Source: Microgenomates group bacterium Gr01-1014_7 (GTDB taxonomy: Bacteria > Patescibacteriota > Microgenomatia > Daviesbacterales > UBA10151). From it: a stretch of DNA of 64,000 bases. The notes under the pieces were generated by a model. It ran no database searches and was not told where the DNA came from. It saw only the letters and a list, made by a program, of their open reading frames with translations. Position numbers and translations under genes: made by a program. Below are positions 18,512 to 29,176 of this stretch, piece after piece. The number at the start of each line of letters is the position of its first letter. Within the stretch, counting starts at the first letter, position 1. Location of the stretch: assembly GCA_007376405.1 (NCBI GenBank), contig VMGD01000006.1, positions 19,337-83,336 on the forward strand, in the 5' to 3' direction.

Positions 18512-18874
18512 TTAATTACCTGTTTTTCCGGTGATAATAGTGAGTTTTCCAATAAGAGATTTTCTGGTAGATTTATTTAGAAGAGATGTTAATTTTTTAT
18601 CTATCTGTTCAAGTGTTAAATTTGCAGACACTCCAATAACTCCGGTTGATTTACTTGTCGGGGCTAATGTTTTAAAATCTTTAATATTGAGAGTGACTAG
18701 GATTCTACTTTCCTTACCCGCGAACTGATAGACTTTAGGGTCTGGTAAGGCGCTTTGCCCATAATCACCGGTAATATGTTTAACATCAAATCGGCTATTT
18801 GTAATAGGCAAGCTTTGACGAAAGTAAAATCCCTCATCCAGCAATAGCTTGTGTTTGTAAAATCTCCGAGTCAT
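18512..18874 (-). CDS. DUF5615 PIN-like toxin
   Basis: KLLLDE and RILVTLN.KDF motifs; paired with DUF433. Confidence 0.75.
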   Translation of the reverse strand: MTRRFYKHKLLLDEGFYFRQSLPITNSRFDVKHITGDYGQSALPDPKVYQFAGKESRILVTLNIKDFKTLAPTSKSTGVIGVSANLTLEQIDKKLTSLLNKSTRKSLIGKLTIITGKTGN

Positions 18875-19085
18875 TCCTAGATTGGCTTAAATCCTCAACC
18901 AATTCACTAATTGCGCCCTCAATAGTTTTTAGCGGTACCCAAGGATAGCCATCATGAATTGATTCAACAGTACAGCCTTCTTTTAAACGTTGAACTATAA
19001 CAGCAATTGGTATCCTGGTGCCTGCAATGCATGGTGCGCCACCCATAATATCTGATTTAGATAATATATAAGCTTTTTTCTTCAT
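18834..19085 (-). CDS. DUF433 family antitoxin
   Basis: IMGGAPCIAGTRIP motif. Confidence 0.85.
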   Translation of the reverse strand: MKKKAYILSKSDIMGGAPCIAGTRIPIAVIVQRLKEGCTVESIHDGYPWVPLKTIEGAISELVEDLSQSRNDSEILQTQAIAG

Positions 19086-19118
19086 ATGTTTATTATACCA
19101 CATTAATAGTATGACAAA

Positions 19119-20267
19119 CTAAGATTCAAGCAGTTGGGCAGCGAATTTTTCCAAAGTTTTTATTTTTTCAGCAGAGAATTTTTTTGCTTTAAAGTAACTC
19201 TGCAACGCCTCAACAGGAGTTAATCTTTCAACTTCTTCTTGTCCGTCTATTTTTAACCTTTCTTTTCTTTCAACATTCCGGGAAATTCCGGCAATGTAAT
19301 GAGCAGAGGATAGAGCCTTTTTAATTTTATCCATCTCCAAATTTTGCTCTAAATCAGCAGGGATATTTAAAGTTAGTCTAACGACTTTATCAGCTACATC
19401 ATGTTTTGAAATTTCATCTAAAATAGTTTGGGTAGGATTGGAATCGTTAGCTTTTAAGTCAATATCAATAGACAAAAACCTACGACAATTAGTAGGGATA
19501 AATTGGAAGTTAGTGGTCTTTGCAATTTCCACCAGACATATTCCTTTTTCTTCTTTTTCTTCGCCAAAATCAATCCTATGAGGGGAGCCGGCGTAAACTA
19601 CTAAAGGATCCTTGGATAAAACCTGGTGTTTGTGAATATGACCCAAAGCCACATAAGATAATCTTCTGTCTTGAAGTAAAGGTAGGGGGACTGTGACATC
19701 ATTTCCAATTGCCATACCTTTTTCTGAACCATAACTTGCGCCTTCTACCTCGCAATGCGATAAAAATATGGCAGGGGATTTTGGTGTAATTTTGTCATAT
19801 AAAGATTTTAATTTATCTCCAACGGTTTTGTATTCGTCTTTGTGTAACCAGGGTAAAGTTATAACTTGCAGAGTGCCTGATTTAGTGGGTATTTTTAAAA
19901 GTTCGGGTTTTCGGGAAACCCAGACATTATCTATTTCCAGGGCAGAGTAAATATCCAGAGTATTGGCTTTGCCCTCTGCATTGGGAGTGTCATGATTGCC
20001 TACAACTAAAACCACGGGAATTCCGGCTTTGGCAATTTTTTTAATTCTCTCTCCAAACCCCCTTTGCTGGGTTGGATTTGGATCACGGGTTTTGTAAGCA
20101 TCTCCTGCAAAAACCACAGCATCAACTTGATTTTCTATTGCCGTATCAACAATAAAATCAAAGGTTTTTAGAAAATCCAAAAGGCGGGTAGATAAACCTG
20201 TTTGCGGATCCAGTTTGGCATAATTTTCCATGCCAATATGAATATCCGCAAAGTGTAATAATTTCAT
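19119..20267 (-). CDS. sbcD: SbcD/Mre11 nuclease
   Basis: AD.H.G, AGD, GNHD and ALGHIH motifs; start at MKLLH. Confidence 0.93.
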   Translation of the reverse strand: MKLLHFADIHIGMENYAKLDPQTGLSTRLLDFLKTFDFIVDTAIENQVDAVVFAGDAYKTRDPNPTQQRGFGERIKKIAKAGIPVVLVVGNHDTPNAEGKANTLDIYSALEIDNVWVSRKPELLKIPTKSGTLQVITLPWLHKDEYKTVGDKLKSLYDKITPKSPAIFLSHCEVEGASYGSEKGMAIGNDVTVPLPLLQDRRLSYVALGHIHKHQVLSKDPLVVYAGSPHRIDFGEEKEEKGICLVEIAKTTNFQFIPTNCRRFLSIDIDLKANDSNPTQTILDEISKHDVADKVVRLTLNIPADLEQNLEMDKIKKALSSAHYIAGISRNVERKERLKIDGQEEVERLTPVEALQSYFKAKKFSAEKIKTLEKFAAQLLES

Positions 20268-20377
20268 GTTTGGATTACGTCCCCCGAAGGCGGGAGGCAA
20301 GGTTCTGCACACGCGAAGTATAATATATCACATACTGAAGCGTGAAGCAGGTCCTTATATCATGGTAAAATGGGCAA

Positions 20378-21490
20378 ATGTTTGAACACAGAATAAAAAA
20401 ACTTAAAAATCAATTAGCAGAAGAAAATCTGGACGCGGTTTTGGTTTCTTCAGTTTCAAATATTACATACTTTACAGGGTATTCCAATTTTTCCAAAGAT
20501 GAACGGGAGGCGTATTTAATAATTAGCAAAGATTTTCAGTATGTTATTACTGACGGACGCTACACGGAAGCGGTAAAAAAACAAATTTCCCATTTTAGGG
20601 TTGCCGAAAGAAGTTTGTTTAAGGATTTAAAAATTGTAAGACTTGGGGTAGAAGAAAATAGTCTTACAGTTTCAGAACATAAGTTTTTCAAGAAGTATTT
20701 TAAAAAAATAAAAAAATTTAATGTTAGTAGAAGCATTAAAAGCGGAGATGAAATTAAGAAAATAGAAGATGCTGCAAAATTGGGGGACCGTGCTTTTGAA
20801 TTTGTTTTGAAAAAGATTAAAGAAGGCATTAGTGAGAAAGAATTAGCTTTTGAAATAGAACTTTATATTAAGAAAAACGGAGGAGATTTATCTTTCCCAA
20901 TAATTGTGGCTTTTGGTAAAAATTCATCAGTACCTCATCATCAGACTGGAGAAACTAAATTAGGTCCTTCGACTCCCTTCGGTCGCTCAGGACGAGGAGG
21001 ACAAATAATCCTCCTCGATTTCGGAGTAAAAGTTGATGAATATTGTTCCGATATGACCAGAACAGTTTTTTTTGGGAAAGCAACAGAGAAACAAAGAAAA
21101 ATTTATCAAACTGTTTTAGAATCACAAAAAAGGACTGTTGATTTTATTAATGAATCTATTAAAAATGGGAAACAAGTTCAAGCTAAAGATGTAGATAAAG
21201 TGGCAAGGAATTATATTATTTCCCGGGGATTCCCGTCTATACCTCATTCACTGGGGCATGGAGTTGGACTTGAGATTCATGAACATCCTCACTTATCACC
21301 TAAAAGCAAAGAAGAACTCAAAGAGGGAATGGTATTTTCCATAGAGCCGGGGATTTACATCCCGGGATTTGGCTCGCCTCGCTCGACGCGAGTCGAAGCG
21401 GGAGGAGTAAGAATTGAAGATTTATTTGTTTATCAAAGACAGGGCTTGAAACAAACTACCAATTCCCCAAAAGAAATAATTGAGATATAA
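20378..21490 (+). CDS. Xaa-Pro peptidase (M24 family)
   Basis: YCSDMTRT, HSLGHGVGLEIHE, EPGIY, GVRIED; two short insertions. Confidence 0.92.
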   Translation: MFEHRIKKLKNQLAEENLDAVLVSSVSNITYFTGYSNFSKDEREAYLIISKDFQYVITDGRYTEAVKKQISHFRVAERSLFKDLKIVRLGVEENSLTVSEHKFFKKYFKKIKKFNVSRSIKSGDEIKKIEDAAKLGDRAFEFVLKKIKEGISEKELAFEIELYIKKNGGDLSFPIIVAFGKNSSVPHHQTGETKLGPSTPFGRSGRGGQIILLDFGVKVDEYCSDMTRTVFFGKATEKQRKIYQTVLESQKRTVDFINESIKNGKQVQAKDVDKVARNYIISRGFPSIPHSLGHGVGLEIHEHPHLSPKSKEELKEGMVFSIEPGIYIPGFGSPRSTRVEAGGVRIEDLFVYQRQGLKQTTNSPKEIIEI

Positions 21491-21500
21491 TTCACCCTCC

Positions 21501-22112
21501 ATGAATAAATGGAATCAACTGGTAAATAAAGAGTCAATAGATAAAGCTATTAAAGCTTTAAAGGCAAATGGCATTGATGCTAAATTTGTTGAAACTGCCA
21601 ATGAAGCAAAAAAAGAAGTTTTATCTTTAATCCCGGAAGGCGCAGAAGTTATGAACATGACCTCTGTCACTTTGGATACATTAGGTTTGCCGAATGAATT
21701 AAATGAATCAGGTAAATATAATTCTATCCGTAATAAATTAAACGCAATGGATTGGGCAACCCAAAGTTTAGAAATGCAAAAAATGGGGGCAGCGCCGGAG
21801 TGGGCAGTTGGTAGTGTCCATGCGCTAACAGAAGACGGACATGTGTTAATTGTTTCCAATAGCGGAAGTCAATTGCCGGCTTATGTTTACGGAGCAGGCC
21901 ATGTTATTTGGGTTGTGGGAGCACAAAAAATAGTTAAAAATACCGATGAGGGCATAAAAAGAATTTATGAATATGTACTGCCCCTGGAGGATGAAAGAGC
22001 CCAAAAAGCTTACGGGGTCGGAAGTGGAGTTAGTAAACTGTTGATTATCAATAAAGAAAAAACATCAGGTAGAATTACTATGATTATAGTTAATGAAGTA
22101 TTGGGTTTTTAA
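21501..22112 (+). CDS. LUD-domain (lactate utilization-like) protein
   Basis: GSVHALTEDG...SGSQL...VIWVVGAQKIV. Confidence 0.75.
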   Translation: MNKWNQLVNKESIDKAIKALKANGIDAKFVETANEAKKEVLSLIPEGAEVMNMTSVTLDTLGLPNELNESGKYNSIRNKLNAMDWATQSLEMQKMGAAPEWAVGSVHALTEDGHVLIVSNSGSQLPAYVYGAGHVIWVVGAQKIVKNTDEGIKRIYEYVLPLEDERAQKAYGVGSGVSKLLIINKEKTSGRITMIIVNEVLGF

Positions 22113-22688
22113 TTAAACCCGGTAAATCCAGAAATCCCCTTCATATTGATTTTTACCAAGTAGGGTATTTGGCATATTTTTTTGCTTTAAAAAAATCTTT
22201 TTATATGGCTTCCAGTTTTTAAAGTGAAAAGTTTGAGTGATTACTTTTGCCCCTCTCTTTAAATTTTTCTTTAAAAGTGGCTCTAATTTATCAACTCCTT
22301 TAGGGAGAAGAAAAATAAATATGGCATCAGAGTTATAGTAGTTATAATAATTATGATCTTTATAATATTTATTCTTAAATATGTTTCCATGAATGAATTT
22401 AGCGTTAGGTAATTTTCTGACTTTCCATTTAGAATATAAAACTCTTATTAAAGATTGCTCAATGCCAAAAGCTTTTGCTCCCATTTTTGCTGCTTCTATT
22501 ACTACTCTTCCATCTCCACTGCCTAATTCATAGAAAACTTGCCCTTTTTTTAATCCGGCCAGCGTAAGAATTTTTCTAATTCTGGATAATTTTGTAGCAA
22601 CATATGGAGCATCTGATCCGGCAAACCAGGAAAGAGCTAGTAAACAACCCAAAAGAATGCCTAAAGATAAAATTAATGTGAGATCCAT
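22113..22688 (-). CDS. SAM-dependent methyltransferase with N-terminal TM
   Basis: APYV and ELGSGDGR motifs. Confidence 0.85.
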   Translation of the reverse strand: MDLTLILSLGILLGCLLALSWFAGSDAPYVATKLSRIRKILTLAGLKKGQVFYELGSGDGRVVIEAAKMGAKAFGIEQSLIRVLYSKWKVRKLPNAKFIHGNIFKNKYYKDHNYYNYYNSDAIFIFLLPKGVDKLEPLLKKNLKRGAKVITQTFHFKNWKPYKKIFLKQKNMPNTLLGKNQYEGDFWIYRV

Positions 22689-23665
22689 TTTAAAAGAAAT
22701 ACTTTCAGTGGCATAAGTTTATCTATGAATGTAAAGATTAAATAGATGGGCCAATTAAATACCAAATCAAAAGTTCCAATATATTCCACCAGTTTACCTC
22801 TGTAACCGGCTTTAAATTTATGAAATCCACGCCGGGAATCCGCTCCCCACATATCAAAGCTTTTTAAACCCATTTTTTTGCCAAGTTTTATGGCTTCCCA
22901 GGCAATTAGATTATTGGCCATAACTTCTTTATGTTCTACGGATGATCCGCCATAAGGATAGTAAAGTGTGTCTTTAAAATTTAATAACATCCAGGCAGTT
23001 AGAGGTTTATTTTTAAATGATGCAATCAGCAGCCTGGCCATGCCCATATCTTTCAATGTATCCCAGATTTTTTGATGGTAATTTTCATTATGTCCATGAT
23101 AGCCTTGACGGCGAGTGGTTTCAAAATAGAGTCTTAAATAGACTCTGAATGCTTCGTCATCAACGCTTTCTTTAACAGTTACTTTGTGTTTTTGGGCAAC
23201 CAGGATATTGTATCTTGTTTTTGGATGCATGTTTTTCAAAAGCTCATCTTCTGACTTTGTGAGATCAACTATAAAGTTATATTTAGTAAAAAGAGGCTTA
23301 GGTGATAGATGAAAAACTTTTGGGATAGATTGCTTCGCTTCGCTCGCAATGACGCTGGGTTCCAGCTTTATGAATGCGCATTTGTGCGCCTTCCCAATTG
23401 CCTTTAAGGCATTGGTAAAAGCACCATCTGGAAATGGCCCTTTTGGCAAATAACCAACATTAAAATTAGTAAATGGAATTTTATGTAGTATTAATTGAAA
23501 AGCAGTTTTAAGCTTGTCATTGGCAAAAATGCCATAGCGAAAAACAGGAGTTCCCAAAGCTTTCCTGGCCTCCCCCCATTCCCAGCTCTGCATTACATGG
23601 GTAGCTATTTTATTATATTGAGATTTTTGTTTTTCAGTAATCGGCCGCAAGTCTAAAATTTTCAT
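22673..23665 (-). CDS. FemAB/FemX family peptidoglycan peptidyltransferase
   Basis: QSWEWG, YLPKGP, KTRYNI, YPYGGS, FKAGY. Confidence 0.88.
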   Translation of the reverse strand: MKILDLRPITEKQKSQYNKIATHVMQSWEWGEARKALGTPVFRYGIFANDKLKTAFQLILHKIPFTNFNVGYLPKGPFPDGAFTNALKAIGKAHKCAFIKLEPSVIASEAKQSIPKVFHLSPKPLFTKYNFIVDLTKSEDELLKNMHPKTRYNILVAQKHKVTVKESVDDEAFRVYLRLYFETTRRQGYHGHNENYHQKIWDTLKDMGMARLLIASFKNKPLTAWMLLNFKDTLYYPYGGSSVEHKEVMANNLIAWEAIKLGKKMGLKSFDMWGADSRRGFHKFKAGYRGKLVEYIGTFDLVFNWPIYLIFTFIDKLMPLKVFLLKWISH

Positions 23666-24213
23666 TTTTTCTTTTTCCTAATTGACTTTTTAGTAGGTTT
23701 ATGATATCTTTTATTTGTAGACCGAGCCTGAGCGTCGACCAGAGTTGAAATACATTCTCTTAAACGCCCATCGGTCTTTTTTATTGCTTTAATAATATCT
23801 TCCAAGTTCAAAATTTTATCCGGTTTTATTTTCTTATCAAAAACATCCTTTGCTGCATAATGAGCAGGTGGCCTATTACCAATTCTGGCAAAGCTTATTT
23901 CATGTTCTATCTTATTATTATTCTTGAGTAAAGAAGTAGCAAACTGTTTGATAATTTTATCTTTTCCAGGGTATTCAGTATCAATAGTAACGCTAGATTT
24001 TTCTTTAAGGTTGCTTAATAGATAAAATACTCCTACTGAAAACAGATAATAGACAAAAAGTGAGGTAAAACCATGAAGACGAAAGATCTCCTGAACTTTA
24101 CGTTTTAATCTTCTTGGAACTACTACTGCAAATTTAGTACCGTTAGAATAGGCAATTACTGTATCCTTACTTGTTTGCTCAATCTTTCCAGACTGATCAA
24201 TTTGGTAGGTCAT
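23662..24213 (-). CDS. Hypothetical protein, possibly RNase H-like
   Basis: N-terminal IDQSG and IDTEYPG; family not certain. Confidence 0.55.
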   Translation of the reverse strand: MTYQIDQSGKIEQTSKDTVIAYSNGTKFAVVVPRRLKRKVQEIFRLHGFTSLFVYYLFSVGVFYLLSNLKEKSSVTIDTEYPGKDKIIKQFATSLLKNNNKIEHEISFARIGNRPPAHYAAKDVFDKKIKPDKILNLEDIIKAIKKTDGRLRECISTLVDAQARSTNKRYHKPTKKSIRKKKK

Positions 24214-24281
24214 ATTCTAGGAATTATAACAAAATATTGACATTTACCCACCCCCGTGCTAATCTGAAAATAGTTTTAACT

Positions 24282-25073
24282 ATGGAAAAGGTAAATGCTG
24301 AGCTGAAAACGAAACCAGAAGATCCTGCGGAGGTTGAAAGGGGGAAGCGCGTTAATCTTTTAGTTAGACTTGACTTTTTAGGTAGAACAATTGATAAGGT
24401 GGCACCGGATCTTAGGATGTTTGTTAAACTTCCGGGAGGTTACGAAGGCGATACCATTGTTTTTCTTACAAAACGGAAAAAGCCGGGACAGGTAACTTAT
24501 CCGAATGGTCAATCAACGGAGTATCAAAAGGATGAAACATTTGTTCTAAGACCTTCGTGGGGAGATAACGTTGATATTCATCCACCTATAATGAATGAGT
24601 TTACAGGAGATGCCAAAACAAGTCTGGTAGATCCGATTATAGAAGAGGCTGCTGCTAAAGGCCTTTCCTGGGAGGAATTTGAAGATAGAATGAAACGCTC
24701 GGGTGGAAAAATAGAAAGACTCTATCCCGCGAGAGTTAAAAAACCATTTAGTGAAATAGAGAGGGATGCTGCACGATTTTTATCAACTGGTGTATACGGA
24801 GGAAGAAATACTCCTTATAAACCATTGAATATGGAGAATAGGCCATTTCCGGAGCAGTTATTAGTGGGAAATTTTTATTTTTATAAGAAACCTCTTCAAA
24901 AGGGTGAAACTCTAACGCAAAGAATAGAGGAAACTGATAGAGCGCTAAATAAATGGTATAGAGATCAGCAGGATTTACAAAGACGTCAAGCAGAAACTCC
25001 AGTAGAAACCCCTGAACAACCAAGTAGGGGAGGTTTGCTCCAGGCTGTAAGAAGAGCTATTACGCGACGCTAA
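24282..25073 (+). CDS. Hypothetical protein
   Basis: Long ORF; ATG at 24282 lies downstream of a TTGACA. Confidence 0.6.
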   Translation: MEKVNAELKTKPEDPAEVERGKRVNLLVRLDFLGRTIDKVAPDLRMFVKLPGGYEGDTIVFLTKRKKPGQVTYPNGQSTEYQKDETFVLRPSWGDNVDIHPPIMNEFTGDAKTSLVDPIIEEAAAKGLSWEEFEDRMKRSGGKIERLYPARVKKPFSEIERDAARFLSTGVYGGRNTPYKPLNMENRPFPEQLLVGNFYFYKKPLQKGETLTQRIEETDRALNKWYRDQQDLQRRQAETPVETPEQPSRGGLLQAVRRAITRR

Positions 25074-25723
25074 AAAATCTGGATTTTTGCTTTTTGGCGG
25101 AGTTCCTGGAATTTTTGGCTGAAGATTTGAGAAAGTTTTTGCTGTTTTAGCGTATCTCCAGCTTCTTTTTGCTGGTTGGCAGAATCTGTGGCTTTTAAAA
25201 CTTCTTTATTTTGTTCTATAAACTTTGTTACCTCATCTGCAGAAATAGTTGCTTCTTTATCATAAAGCTTGGCGATAGCAAGCTGGACTCTAATCTGATC
25301 TCTTAAGGTTTGTCTTGTTTGGCCTTGCTGGGCAAGAAGATTATCCAGCATATCTTTTCCCCCAACATTTGTTTCCAGTTCCGAGATTTTTTTATTGATT
25401 TCTTCTTCTGTTGGTATTGCTCCACTCTTTGCGGCTTCTCCAAGAATTATTTTCTCGTTAATTAGCTGATTTAGGGTTTGAGTGCGGAATTGCTGATTAA
25501 GTTTTGATTGGAGCTCTAAATTTGTGAGAGGGGAGTTATTGACGGTTGCGGCAATAAACCAATTTTTTTTGTACATCGCCAAAATTAAAATTATGGCGAT
25601 TAGAGCTATAATATAGATAGTTTTGGAACGCTTAAAATTTAAAATTTTCTCGGAAAAAGTATTTAAAAAGTTGTTGAGCCTGCCTCCGGGAATTGTATTT
25701 ACACTCTGCACTCTTTTCGCCAT
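25070..25723 (-). CDS. SurA N-terminal/PrsA-like foldase
   Basis: TM, then IAATVN..., L.QLI.EKII..EA, ELRQKAKI. Confidence 0.7.
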   Translation of the reverse strand: MAKRVQSVNTIPGGRLNNFLNTFSEKILNFKRSKTIYIIALIAIILILAMYKKNWFIAATVNNSPLTNLELQSKLNQQFRTQTLNQLINEKIILGEAAKSGAIPTEEEINKKISELETNVGGKDMLDNLLAQQGQTRQTLRDQIRVQLAIAKLYDKEATISADEVTKFIEQNKEVLKATDSANQQKEAGDTLKQQKLSQIFSQKFQELRQKAKIQIF

Positions 25724-25767
25724 TGGCCGATAATAACAGAATAAATTGTATTTTTGCAAGGACTAAT

Positions 25768-26514
25768 TTACAAAAGATATATGTCAATAAATCTAGCTGT
25801 CCAGCCGGCAGTGCGGGCATCATCAAATCCTAAATCAATAATATTTCCTTTGATTGCTCCTCCGGTATCTCCGGCAACAGCAACCCCATATCCCGGAATA
25901 TAAACCTTACTTCTCAAGGGGATAACTTTTGGGTCAACTGCAATTACACCTTTGCCTGCCCGTATGCCGGTAGCTGTCCACTCATTACAACCGGGACAAT
26001 GAGAATCATAATGAGTGGCATAAACCCGCATTTTCTTCCAGTACTTCATTTCTGTGTCAGCAATGGATAAAGTTTTCCAGATAATTTTGGTGCCCCGCAA
26101 AATCTTTTTATCTTTGGCAGGTATAGTTTCCGAAGAAATAATTTCTCTGGAATATTCTTCGCTGGGGCTCACCTCGAAGGAGTCAGAGCCCACTCTCGAG
26201 GTGTTTGCTGGTTTTGAATAGGTGATTTTTACAATTTTTGTTTTCTTGCCGTCCACACCTTCTTCCAAAACTTTTTCTTCACCTGCTTCTACCTCGGGGT
26301 CATCTTCATAGATTGTTTTTTTAGAAATAACTTCTGTTTCTTCCTTTAAGCTTTCAGTAAAAGAAGACTGGGTTGTGACTGGCTGATCTATAGGTAGTGT
26401 TTCAGCAGGCGAGGGACTGGACTGCCCAAGTACAGCCGAGGCTTGCCCCGCCAGAGGCGGGGCAAAAATGGTAAGTAAGGCTATTAAAATAATACCTAAA
26501 TATCTTTCAAGCAT
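25768..26514 (-). CDS. G5 and 3D domain cell-wall protein
   Basis: EGVDG G5-like segment; IAVDPKVIPL...AGDTGGAIKGN.IDL. Confidence 0.88.
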   Translation of the reverse strand: MLERYLGIILIALLTIFAPPLAGQASAVLGQSSPSPAETLPIDQPVTTQSSFTESLKEETEVISKKTIYEDDPEVEAGEEKVLEEGVDGKKTKIVKITYSKPANTSRVGSDSFEVSPSEEYSREIISSETIPAKDKKILRGTKIIWKTLSIADTEMKYWKKMRVYATHYDSHCPGCNEWTATGIRAGKGVIAVDPKVIPLRSKVYIPGYGVAVAGDTGGAIKGNIIDLGFDDARTAGWTARFIDIYLL

Positions 26515-28324
26515 TCAACCAGTCTTCCTGATCACGGAAATTGTTGTTACTGATTATTAATTCTTCCGGAATATCAGCCAAAAACCGGGAAACCGGATTA
26601 TTGGATCTTTGCCCGAAAAATAATCTTTGTCTGGCATAAGTTAAAAAAAGCTTTTCTTTGGCCCGGGTAATACCGACATAACAAAGACGGCGCTCTTCTT
26701 CCAGCTCTTGCGGATCAAGCATAGCCCGGGAATGGGGGAATAATCCTTCTTCCATGCCGACTATAAAAACAACTGGGAATTCCAAGCCCTTGGCATTATG
26801 TAAAGTCATTAAAGTAACAGCACTGCTTTGATCGTTGGCTGCCCGGCGCCTGGGATTATCCCCGGCTTCCATCAGAGCAACATTTTCCAAAAATGCCTGC
26901 AAAGAAGGAAATTCTTCTGCTACCGAGCGGAGTTCCTTAACATTTTCAATTCTGCCTAATCCTTCCTCTGTTTTATCATCCAGGTAGTCCAGATAATTGG
27001 TTTTAACAACCACCATATCCAGCAATTCTAGCGTAGTGTATTGATCTAATCTATTTGCTACTTCAGTATAAAGGTCCATTAGAGATTTTAACCTTGTCTT
27101 TCCGATTTTTTCAGCCCGTTTTAGAGAAACTGAATCTTCCGGATTTTGTAATAGCCGTAAATATGAAATTACGTCTTTAATTTCTTTTCTCTGGTAAAAA
27201 CTGGTTCCACCCACCAGTTTGTAGGGAATGCCGCTTTTTAAAAATTGTTCTTCTAAAGCACGAGATTGAGCATTGGTTCTGTAAAGTATTGCATAATTTG
27301 ATAAGCGAGCTTGATTTATTTGAGATAAAATAAACAAAGCTTCCTCTACCTCACTCCTTACTTCTACTATCTGTATTTTTTCTCCTCCTCCATTTTCTGT
27401 CCATAATTTAAGAATAGGGTGGGAAGTATTTTTGGAAATAATGGCAGTGGCAGCATCCAAAATGGTTTGAGTTGAGCGGTAATTTTGTTCCAGGTTAAAA
27501 ACTAAAGCACCCCGATAATCCTTTTGGAAATTTAAAATATTACGGTAATCAGCATTTCTGAATGAATATATACTCTGTGAAGCATCCCCGACAACACAGA
27601 TATTTTTATGGCGGTTAGCTAAATATTTTGAAATCAGATATTGCGCGGCATTGGTATCCTGGTATTCATCAATTAAGATATAACGGAACTGAATTTGATA
27701 ACGGGTTAGAGTTGTAGGATCATTCTGGAAAAGCTTAATAGTTAATAAAAGCAGGTCGTCAAAATCCAATGCTTTGTTTTTTTCCAGGATTTTTTGATAT
27801 TCAATATAAATTCTGGCAACTGTTTCCTGGAAAAACCCTCTGGCATATTGGGGGTATTCCACAGCAGATATAAGTTCGTTTTTTGCTCCCGATATAGTTG
27901 TACGCACTTTGTGCGGGGCAGTTTTCTCAGTGGGGAGGCCTAAATTACCCATGGCTTCCTTGATAGCGTCCATTGCATCGCCTTCATCATAAATTGTAAA
28001 GTATGGAGACAGTCCGATTACTCCTCCGTCTTTTCGCAGTATTTTTGCACAGAAGCTATGAAATGTTCCCATCATTGGTTGAGTGGATAAACTGCCAACT
28101 AATTTTTTAATTCGCTGAATCATTTCCATACTGGCTTTATTTGTAAAGGTGAGGCATAGAATATTTTCCGGGGGTATTTTTTTCTCGGCAATCAGGTAAG
28201 CCACGCGGTAAGTTAATACTCTGGTTTTGCCGGAACCGGCCCCGGCTAAAATTAATACGGGGCCCTCCGTAGCCGTCACAGCTTCCTGTTGCTGTGGGTT
28301 TAAATCATCGAGGAGTGCGGGCAT
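26507..28324 (-). CDS. pcrA: ATP-dependent DNA helicase PcrA/UvrD
   Basis: AGAGSGKT, DEYQDTN, LEQNYRS, KGLEF, EERRL.YVGITRA. Confidence 0.95.
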   Translation of the reverse strand: MPALLDDLNPQQQEAVTATEGPVLILAGAGSGKTRVLTYRVAYLIAEKKIPPENILCLTFTNKASMEMIQRIKKLVGSLSTQPMMGTFHSFCAKILRKDGGVIGLSPYFTIYDEGDAMDAIKEAMGNLGLPTEKTAPHKVRTTISGAKNELISAVEYPQYARGFFQETVARIYIEYQKILEKNKALDFDDLLLLTIKLFQNDPTTLTRYQIQFRYILIDEYQDTNAAQYLISKYLANRHKNICVVGDASQSIYSFRNADYRNILNFQKDYRGALVFNLEQNYRSTQTILDAATAIISKNTSHPILKLWTENGGGEKIQIVEVRSEVEEALFILSQINQARLSNYAILYRTNAQSRALEEQFLKSGIPYKLVGGTSFYQRKEIKDVISYLRLLQNPEDSVSLKRAEKIGKTRLKSLMDLYTEVANRLDQYTTLELLDMVVVKTNYLDYLDDKTEEGLGRIENVKELRSVAEEFPSLQAFLENVALMEAGDNPRRRAANDQSSAVTLMTLHNAKGLEFPVVFIVGMEEGLFPHSRAMLDPQELEEERRLCYVGITRAKEKLFLTYARQRLFFGQRSNNPVSRFLADIPEELIISNNNFRDQEDWLNA

Positions 28325-28417
28325 GGTGGATATATTAACACCTTTATAATATTTATGACAATAATTTGAGGCTGGAAGATTGAAAATTGCGCTGTTTAAT
28401 CATTGAAATCTTACACA

Positions 28418-28852
28418 CTAAAGCTCTGAAGCAAGTTTGAAGCCAAGTTTGGTATACCATTCATCAGTTGAAAAAATAATCCTGGTGTTAAGTTTTTTTG
28501 CCGTTGCAACAACCAATGCGTCAAAAAGTGTGTTTTTCTTACTTCCTTTTGGGTCAAAAACTATCAGTGCCTCATCCAGCATTTTTGTATCTACGTTTTC
28601 AATTGAAAGCGCACCACCGGTTATTTGGGCAATTACGGATACAACAAGATCAGGTTTATTTAGTTTACGCTTTAAGGTAGTGATAGTTTCCGTAATGGAA
28701 GTTATTGGAAAGACGGTTTGAGCGTCAAGCTGTAAAAGTTTTGTAGCTGTAGCAACTGCCTTTTTATGATTACTATCTTCTTTGGAGAGAATTGCTATCA
28801 GTCCGTCAGTGTCGCCGACAGCAATTATCTGGCTAGTCCCATGTGTACTCAT
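28418..28852 (-). CDS. PIN-domain (VapC-like) toxin
   Basis: DTD, ET, FDA and STD acidic residues. Confidence 0.8.
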   Translation of the reverse strand: MSTHGTSQIIAVGDTDGLIAILSKEDSNHKKAVATATKLLQLDAQTVFPITSITETITTLKRKLNKPDLVVSVIAQITGGALSIENVDTKMLDEALIVFDPKGSKKNTLFDALVVATAKKLNTRIIFSTDEWYTKLGFKLASEL

Positions 28853-29105
28853 TATGTTTCCTGGATAAATCTGCGGGTAGACCGCTGCCTTTGGGAATAA
28901 TGCCCGCAAGATCAAGAAGGGTTTTGGTAGATTGTTTATTTTTCAAAAGCTGTAAGTTTTCCAGATCAGCAAGAGGGATAATTGCTACTTGAGGTTTTCT
29001 TTGAGCTATTACAACCGCAGGCTGTTTGGTTTTCTTAACCCTCTCAAAAACCTGCTTATAGTTTCTTATCATCTCTCTTGCCGTTACGGTATTGGGAGTT
29101 AACAT
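28833..29105 (-). CDS. Phd/YefM family antitoxin
   Basis: TVTARE...P.VV....KP.VAII; directly upstream of the PIN gene. Confidence 0.75.
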   Translation of the reverse strand: MLTPNTVTAREMIRNYKQVFERVKKTKQPAVVIAQRKPQVAIIPLADLENLQLLKNKQSTKTLLDLAGIIPKGSGLPADLSRKHNEYTWD

Positions 29106-29176
29106 AATATATATTATACATTAAGACACCATATTTGTCAAGTATTTTGTTGACATAATTTATGACAATTTACTGA

